A DNA stretch of 64,000 nucleotides. Origin: a bacterium. Lineage in GTDB: Bacteria; Patescibacteriota; Minisyncoccia; Phycocordibacterales; UBA2100. The DNA lies in contig JAJXVV010000003.1 in NCBI GenBank assembly GCA_021781955.1, positions 27,933 to 91,932 of the forward strand. The letters are read 5' to 3'. The notes below the pieces were generated by a model, which did not search any database, had not been told where the DNA came from, and saw nothing but the letters and a program-made list of their open reading frames with translations. The position numbers and the translations under genes were made by a program. Shown here piece after piece: positions 57,835 to 64,000 of the stretch; within the stretch, counting starts at the first letter, position 1, and each line of letters opens with the position of its first letter.

Positions 57835-58481
57835 TATTCGGTCTCGACATACTCACGGTCTGCGCGAGCCTCGTCTTTTTGCTCGCGCTCCTGATGAACC
57901 TCGTTCGCAAGAATACGACCTTAATATCGCTCTACGTCATCCAATCGGTCGCCATCGCGGCAGCGCTCGCGGTCCTGGGCGGTACCGATGGCGAGACGGG
58001 ATTGGTGTACGCCGCGCTCCTGACGCTCGCGGTCAAAGGCGTCATAGCGCCGACCTTCCTCTATCGTCTCATTAGCAAATATTCCGGGCATTTTTCCGCA
58101 GCATCCTACCTCTCGATGCCGCCAACGCTCGTCGGCCTCGCCTGCATGACCGCATTCTCCTTCCTCCTGGCGCCGCACCTTCCCTTTGCCGGCGTGAGCG
58201 CGGTCCCGCTCCTGTTCGCTGGCATATTCAGCGCGCTATTCCTCATGATCAATCGACGCGGTGCGCTCTCAGCCGTGGTCGGGGTACTCGCGCTTGAGAA
58301 CGCGGCCGTGCTGCTCTCTTCGACCCTTGGAGCGGTACATACCTTCGCGCTCGAATTCACGATCGCGTTCGATATCGCGGTATGGGTCGCCATCGCCACG
58401 GCATTCCTTCACATGATGCACCGCCAGTTCGGTATCGTCGACACCGACACGCGCCTCATATCGCGCCTCACGGAAGAATAA
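57831..58481 (+). CDS. hyfE: HyfE-like membrane subunit
   Basis: YVIQS, VKGVIAP, GVLALEN; operon position. Confidence 0.8.
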   Translation: MIFGLDILTVCASLVFLLALLMNLVRKNTTLISLYVIQSVAIAAALAVLGGTDGETGLVYAALLTLAVKGVIAPTFLYRLISKYSGHFSAASYLSMPPTLVGLACMTAFSFLLAPHLPFAGVSAVPLLFAGIFSALFLMINRRGALSAVVGVLALENAAVLLSSTLGAVHTFALEFTIAFDIAVWVAIATAFLHMMHRQFGIVDTDTRLISRLTEE

Positions 58482-58484
58482 CGT

Positions 58485-59939
58485 ATGATCATCTACCTTC
58501 TCCTCATCGCACCGCTCGTTGCCGCCGCCCTCACCGCCCTCATGCCGCGCGGGAAGAAGTGGCTCATCGAGTATGGCGCGCTCGGCGCGGCCTGCGTTGA
58601 ACTACTCATGGCCTGCATGATCGTCGCGGGCGTACTTGCGCACGGTGTCGTCAGAGCCTCTGCAGTGTTCGAGGCCGACGCGCTCGGCGCGTTCGTCGTG
58701 CTCTTCGTTTCCGTCGTCGGGCTCGCGGCGGCGATGCACTCGATCGGCCACTTGCGCGAGGAGATGCGGAAGCAGATCGTCGGGTTCAGCCGCGTCCGAC
58801 AATACTTCGTGCTTTTTCATCTCTTTTTCTTCGCCATGCTCGCTGCGGCGGTGACCGCAAGCCCCGTCCTGATGTGGGCGGCGATCGAGGCCACGACGCT
58901 CGCCTCTGCGTTCCTCGTTACCTTCTACAACAAGTCCTCAGCGCTGGAGGCAGGCTGGAAATTCCTCATCATCAATTCAGTCGGACTGCTGCTCGGCTTC
59001 TTGGGGACCTTGCTATTCCTTTCGGCTGCGGGCAGCGCGGGCGCGTCCGGCGCGTTCGTCACGTGGCACACGCTGCTCGGACTCTCGCCAGCGCTTAATC
59101 CCCTGCTCGTCAAGATCGCGTTCGTGTTCATCCTCGTAGGGTTCGGCACCAAAACCGGGTTCGTACCGATGCACACCTGGCTTCCCGACGCGCACTCAAA
59201 AGCTCCCATCCCGATCTCCGCGCTCCTCTCGGGCGTTCTCCTCAATATCGCGCTCATCGGTATCCTGCGTTTCCGTGCGGTCGTTGATACCGTGGTCGAC
59301 CCCTCGTTCTCATCGCATCTCCTGATCGGCTTCGGCGTCCTGTCCCTCGTCGTGGCCTCGTTCATCATCTACGCGCAGAAGAATTACAAGCGTCTTCTCG
59401 CCTACTCATCGATCGAGCACATGGGCATCATCGCGATCGGTTTCGGCATCGGAGGCCCAGGCACGGTGTTCGCGATCTTCCATCTTCTCTACCACGCGCT
59501 TCTCAAGCCGATCCTGTTCTTCTCGGCGGGCAACTTCTTTCTCAAGTATAGCTCTACGAAGATCGCGCGAGTGCGCGGCGCCCTGACAGCAATTCCGGTA
59601 TCCGCCACGCTCTTCTTCGTCGCATTGTTGGCCGTGGCGGGGACCCCTCCCTCAGGCATGTTCTTCACGGAACTCGGTATCCTGAGCGCGGGTGCGCGGA
59701 CCTACCCCTATCTCATACCCTTCGTGCTCGCAGCGCTTCTCATCAGCTTTGCCGGATTCATCAAGCAAGGGAGCGCCATGTTGTTCGGCGAGGCGCCCGC
59801 CGAAATCGCGAAAGGCGAGGCGAATAGCTGGACCATCGCCTCGATCGTATTCCTCTTCCTCGTATTCGCGACGATCAGTATCATGGTCCCATTCCCACTT
59901 TATGAGCTCGTGCAACACGCCGCGTCACTCGTCAGTTGA
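58485..59939 (+). CDS. hyfF: HyfF/NuoM-like antiporter subunit
   Basis: WAAIEATTL, LEAGWKF, GFGTKTGFVPMHTWLPDAHS, KRLLAYSSIEH. Confidence 0.88.
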   Translation: MIIYLLLIAPLVAAALTALMPRGKKWLIEYGALGAACVELLMACMIVAGVLAHGVVRASAVFEADALGAFVVLFVSVVGLAAAMHSIGHLREEMRKQIVGFSRVRQYFVLFHLFFFAMLAAAVTASPVLMWAAIEATTLASAFLVTFYNKSSALEAGWKFLIINSVGLLLGFLGTLLFLSAAGSAGASGAFVTWHTLLGLSPALNPLLVKIAFVFILVGFGTKTGFVPMHTWLPDAHSKAPIPISALLSGVLLNIALIGILRFRAVVDTVVDPSFSSHLLIGFGVLSLVVASFIIYAQKNYKRLLAYSSIEHMGIIAIGFGIGGPGTVFAIFHLLYHALLKPILFFSAGNFFLKYSSTKIARVRGALTAIPVSATLFFVALLAVAGTPPSGMFFTELGILSAGARTYPYLIPFVLAALLISFAGFIKQGSAMLFGEAPAEIAKGEANSWTIASIVFLFLVFATISIMVPFPLYELVQHAASLVS

Positions 59940-59940
59940 T

Positions 59941-61494
59941 ATGAACGACCAACACATCATCCAACGCTACTTGTCCGATCGCATCCCGGAGCGCAGCGGC
60001 AACACCCTCGTGGTGCGCGCGGAAGCGCACGAACTCACCGACCTGTTCCGAACGCTCATTGACGCGCTTCCGTTCATCTCGATGTTCGCGACCGACGAGT
60101 ACGGCTCGTTCAGTATTCGGTACGTGTTCGGCGTTCCGCACGAAAACGCGTTCATCGTCGTGCTGCTCCCGCTTTCCGGCACCGCGTTCCCGTCGCTCGC
60201 CCGCGAATTCCCCTGCACCGCCCTCTACGAGCGGCTTTGCATGACCATGTTCGGTCTCACGGCCGAAGGACACCCGGATCCGCGCACCGTCACCCTGCAC
60301 GAAGAGAACTGGCCGCGCGACACGTACCCGATGCGTACATCGTTCGAATGGAACACCCGCGTACCCATGCGGGGATCAGGCACGTACCGCTTCCATGAGG
60401 TCAGCGGTGAGGGCATCTACGAGATACCGGTCGGCCCGGTGCATGCTGGCATCATCGAACCGGGCAATTTCCGCTTCAGCGTCGCGGGCGAGGAGATCAT
60501 CGCGCTCGAAGCGCGTTTGGGCTGGGTGCACAAAGGCACCGAAAAGCTCTTCGAGCATCTCGCCATGAGCCAACACCCGGCACTCGCGGAGCATGTTTCC
60601 GGCGACAGCTCTTTCGCGCATTCGCTCGCATACTGTCAAGCGATCGAAGTCTTAACGGGCACCGCGGTACCGGAGCGCGCACGCTACCTGCGCACCGTAT
60701 TCGGCGAGCTGGAGCGGCTGACCATGCACCTATTCGATATCGGGAACATCTGCGGCAACGGGACCGGATTTACGTTCATGGCGACGCAGGGGTTCCGCAT
60801 GACCGAAGAACTGCGTCGCCTTTCGCAGCGGCTCGCGGGGAACCGTTTCTGGCGATCGATCAACCTGCCCGGCGGTGTCACCAAAGACATCTCCGCCGAC
60901 GATGCGCGACAGCTCACGACGTTCCTCGGCGCACTCAAGGAGGATTTCGCCGACATGATGAACGTCGCCGACCAGAGCGCTTCCCTCGCGAATCGCTTGC
61001 AGGGCACCGGCACCCTCTCGCGCGTCGTCGCGCAAGAGAACCACGCAACAGGCGTAGCCGCGCGCTGCGTGGGGATCGAGAAGGACGTCCGGGTCGAATA
61101 TCCCTACGCCGCGTACGATTCGCTCAAGCCGGACGTCGTAACGGAACAGGCGGGCGACGTCGACGCACGCGTCAAGGTGCGCGTGCGCGAGGTCTATGAA
61201 TCGATCCGGCTTATCGTCTTGGCGCTTGAGCGCCTGCCACGAGGCCCTCTCGCCACCACAATCCGCACGCTGCCGAGCAAGGGCATGGCGGTCGGTCTCA
61301 CGGAAAGCTGGCGCGGAGAGATCGCCTACGCGGTCATCACCGACGACCAAGGGGCGATCGCGCGGGTCGCTGTCCGAGACCCGTCATTCGTGCATTGGCA
61401 GCTTTTCCCGCATATGGTAGGACGCGACATGGTGCCTGATTTCCCTCTCATAAACAAAAGTCTCAACCTTTCGTATACTGGTAACGACCTGTAG
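59941..61494 (+). CDS. Ehr/HyfG-like large subunit (NuoC+NuoD-like), no NiFe-binding motifs
   Basis: IPVGPVHAGIIEPG, HKGTEK, VSGDSSFAHS (L1 site), RDPSF, DFPLINKSLNLSYTGNDL (L2 site). Confidence 0.9.
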   Translation: MNDQHIIQRYLSDRIPERSGNTLVVRAEAHELTDLFRTLIDALPFISMFATDEYGSFSIRYVFGVPHENAFIVVLLPLSGTAFPSLAREFPCTALYERLCMTMFGLTAEGHPDPRTVTLHEENWPRDTYPMRTSFEWNTRVPMRGSGTYRFHEVSGEGIYEIPVGPVHAGIIEPGNFRFSVAGEEIIALEARLGWVHKGTEKLFEHLAMSQHPALAEHVSGDSSFAHSLAYCQAIEVLTGTAVPERARYLRTVFGELERLTMHLFDIGNICGNGTGFTFMATQGFRMTEELRRLSQRLAGNRFWRSINLPGGVTKDISADDARQLTTFLGALKEDFADMMNVADQSASLANRLQGTGTLSRVVAQENHATGVAARCVGIEKDVRVEYPYAAYDSLKPDVVTEQAGDVDARVKVRVREVYESIRLIVLALERLPRGPLATTIRTLPSKGMAVGLTESWRGEIAYAVITDDQGAIARVAVRDPSFVHWQLFPHMVGRDMVPDFPLINKSLNLSYTGNDL

Positions 61495-61568
61495 GGCTAA
61501 ACCCGCAGACATGGTTCTCGGACACTCCTGGCACGAGCGAATCATCGGAAATGCCGTATACTTGTCGC

Positions 61569-62117
61569 ATGAAGCGGCAATCGATATTCGGGCTCGCCGT
61601 GCTCGTCTTCTTCATTTTCGGCGGCGTGTGGTATGCGTTTACGTACCCTGCGCAAATCACCGGCCTCCTAGCCGGCAACTCTTCAGGCGGCGCGCCAAGC
61701 GGCGCGAGCCAACCATCGCAGCCGACCGTGCAGTCCGGCGTGCCGCTGGTGAACGGCAATGGCCAGAACATCGGCGGCAATCTCACGCTTGGCATATACG
61801 ACGACCCGCGTCTCGGTGCCTATCTTACCGGCTACACCGGCAACGCGGTGTACACCTTCGCCCGCGATCAGGTCGGCACCTCCACCTGCTACGGCACGTG
61901 CGCGCAGCTATGGCCGCCATACACCGTTTCCGGCACGTTGCAGTTCAACCTTCAGCCCGGCGTGAACCAAACACTCGTCGGTACGATCACGCGTACGGAT
62001 AACACCGAGCAACTCACCTACCGCGGCCTCCCGCTCTACTTCTATGCACCCGACCAGAGCGCCTCCCAAGCAAAAGGCCAAGGCGTGGGCGGCCTGTGGT
62101 ACGTCGTGACTCCGTAG
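61569..62117 (+). CDS. Secreted COG4315-type protein (Yx(FWY)xxD repeats)
   Basis: VYTFARD, CYGTCAQLWPP, PLYFYAPD, GQGVGGLWYV. Confidence 0.85.
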   Translation: MKRQSIFGLAVLVFFIFGGVWYAFTYPAQITGLLAGNSSGGAPSGASQPSQPTVQSGVPLVNGNGQNIGGNLTLGIYDDPRLGAYLTGYTGNAVYTFARDQVGTSTCYGTCAQLWPPYTVSGTLQFNLQPGVNQTLVGTITRTDNTEQLTYRGLPLYFYAPDQSASQAKGQGVGGLWYVVTP

Positions 62118-62123
62118 AGTCGT

Positions 62124-63404
<1,281 letters not shown>

Positions 63405-63524
63405 AGATATCCACAGGCCCCGAGTACAGAATCCGCCCGGAACGGGCGTTCCTGTACCCTCTTCTACCCTAAAATGGCTCTATTTCTTTCAAAAACAGGC
63501 ATTTGAGGGGCAAGGTGGACAAGT

Positions 63525-64000
63525 TTACACGGTATCGTGTAATTGTGCAATTTTCGTTGTCAACAGTTTATGCACAGAAATGAGGCGCTCGATCTCGGCC
63601 TCGTCGTGCTCGTTTTCGGCCTTTTTGAGCGCGACGGCGGTCTGTGAGAGCTCGCGCGCGGCACGATCCTTCGCGAGAAAGCGCAGGAGCGTATTCGCTT
63701 CGCGAGAAAGCGACGTGCTCGCGCCGAAAAGCCATTCGGCCTCGAAACGGAGTGCTTCTTGCTCGCTCTTATCAAGCGCCCGCATCGCGGCGAGCACCTT
63801 CTCGCCGATCACCTCCGTCATATCCTGCTCGAACGTCGCGAGATCAATCTGCGGCTCTCGTAGCGAGCGCTGCCAGAGCAAGAGCGCGAACGCTTGCTTC
63901 TCTCTGCTGTGGCCGTTCGCTGGCGCGGCTGCGGCTCGCGTGGCGCTCGGCGCCGGAGCGGTCGATGCGGATCCCGGGCCGTCCGCAGGCGCGACTGGAA
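63525..64000 (-). CDS. dnaG: Probable DNA primase C-terminal region (runs off window)
   Basis: Helical C-terminal ORF directly upstream of rpoD; called from synteny only, catalytic domains are outside the window. Confidence 0.6.
   Translation of the reverse strand, partial: PVAPADGPGSASTAPAPSATRAAAAPANGHSREKQAFALLLWQRSLREPQIDLATFEQDMTEVIGEKVLAAMRALDKSEQEALRFEAEWLFGASTSLSREANTLLRFLAKDRAARELSQTAVALKKAENEHDEAEIERLISVHKLLTTKIAQLHDTV

Noticed and set aside
54328-61494. Functional group 4 [NiFe]-hydrogenase or formate hydrogenlyase
   Set aside because: No CxxC Ni ligands, no Fe-S ligands and no hyp maturation genes in the window

Overview
GC-rich bacterial chromosome segment. It is probably Patescibacteria/CPR (Parcubacteria-like), inferred from a short ValS lacking the C-terminal coiled coil, a Lys/Arg-rich RpoD N-terminus, few Shine-Dalgarno sites and the housekeeping gene context. 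Contents in order: partial pyrF, kbl/tdh, mntH, tandem ABC- and RND-type efflux modules, patatin, MFS and Zn-ADH. Next comes a ~20.6 kb island (17240-37841) bounded by a 31-nt imperfect direct repeat at the 3' end of tRNA-Ser(CGA). It carries a ParB-methylase, a terminase-small-like protein, a large serine recombinase, defence-like genes and a two-component-regulated envelope module with four copies of a candidate operator. After the island lie tRNA-Glu, an ECF sigma-linked flavinylation (ApbE/FMN-binding/RnfD-like reductase) cluster, alkA, tsaC, tRNA-Val, tsaD, valS, prsW, hsp20, a six-gene Hyf/Ehr-type membrane complex, rpoD and the end of dnaG. Main highlights: (1) an intact Ehr/complex I-like operon whose small subunit has lost every Fe-S cysteine and whose large subunit has no NiFe ligands; (2) a dispersed ~85-nt hairpin element with a conserved 34-nt core and covarying arms; (3) a REP-like palindrome doublet inserted in frame in valS; (4) the island and its predicted regulon. 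All calls come from motif recognition by eye; no database searches were run.
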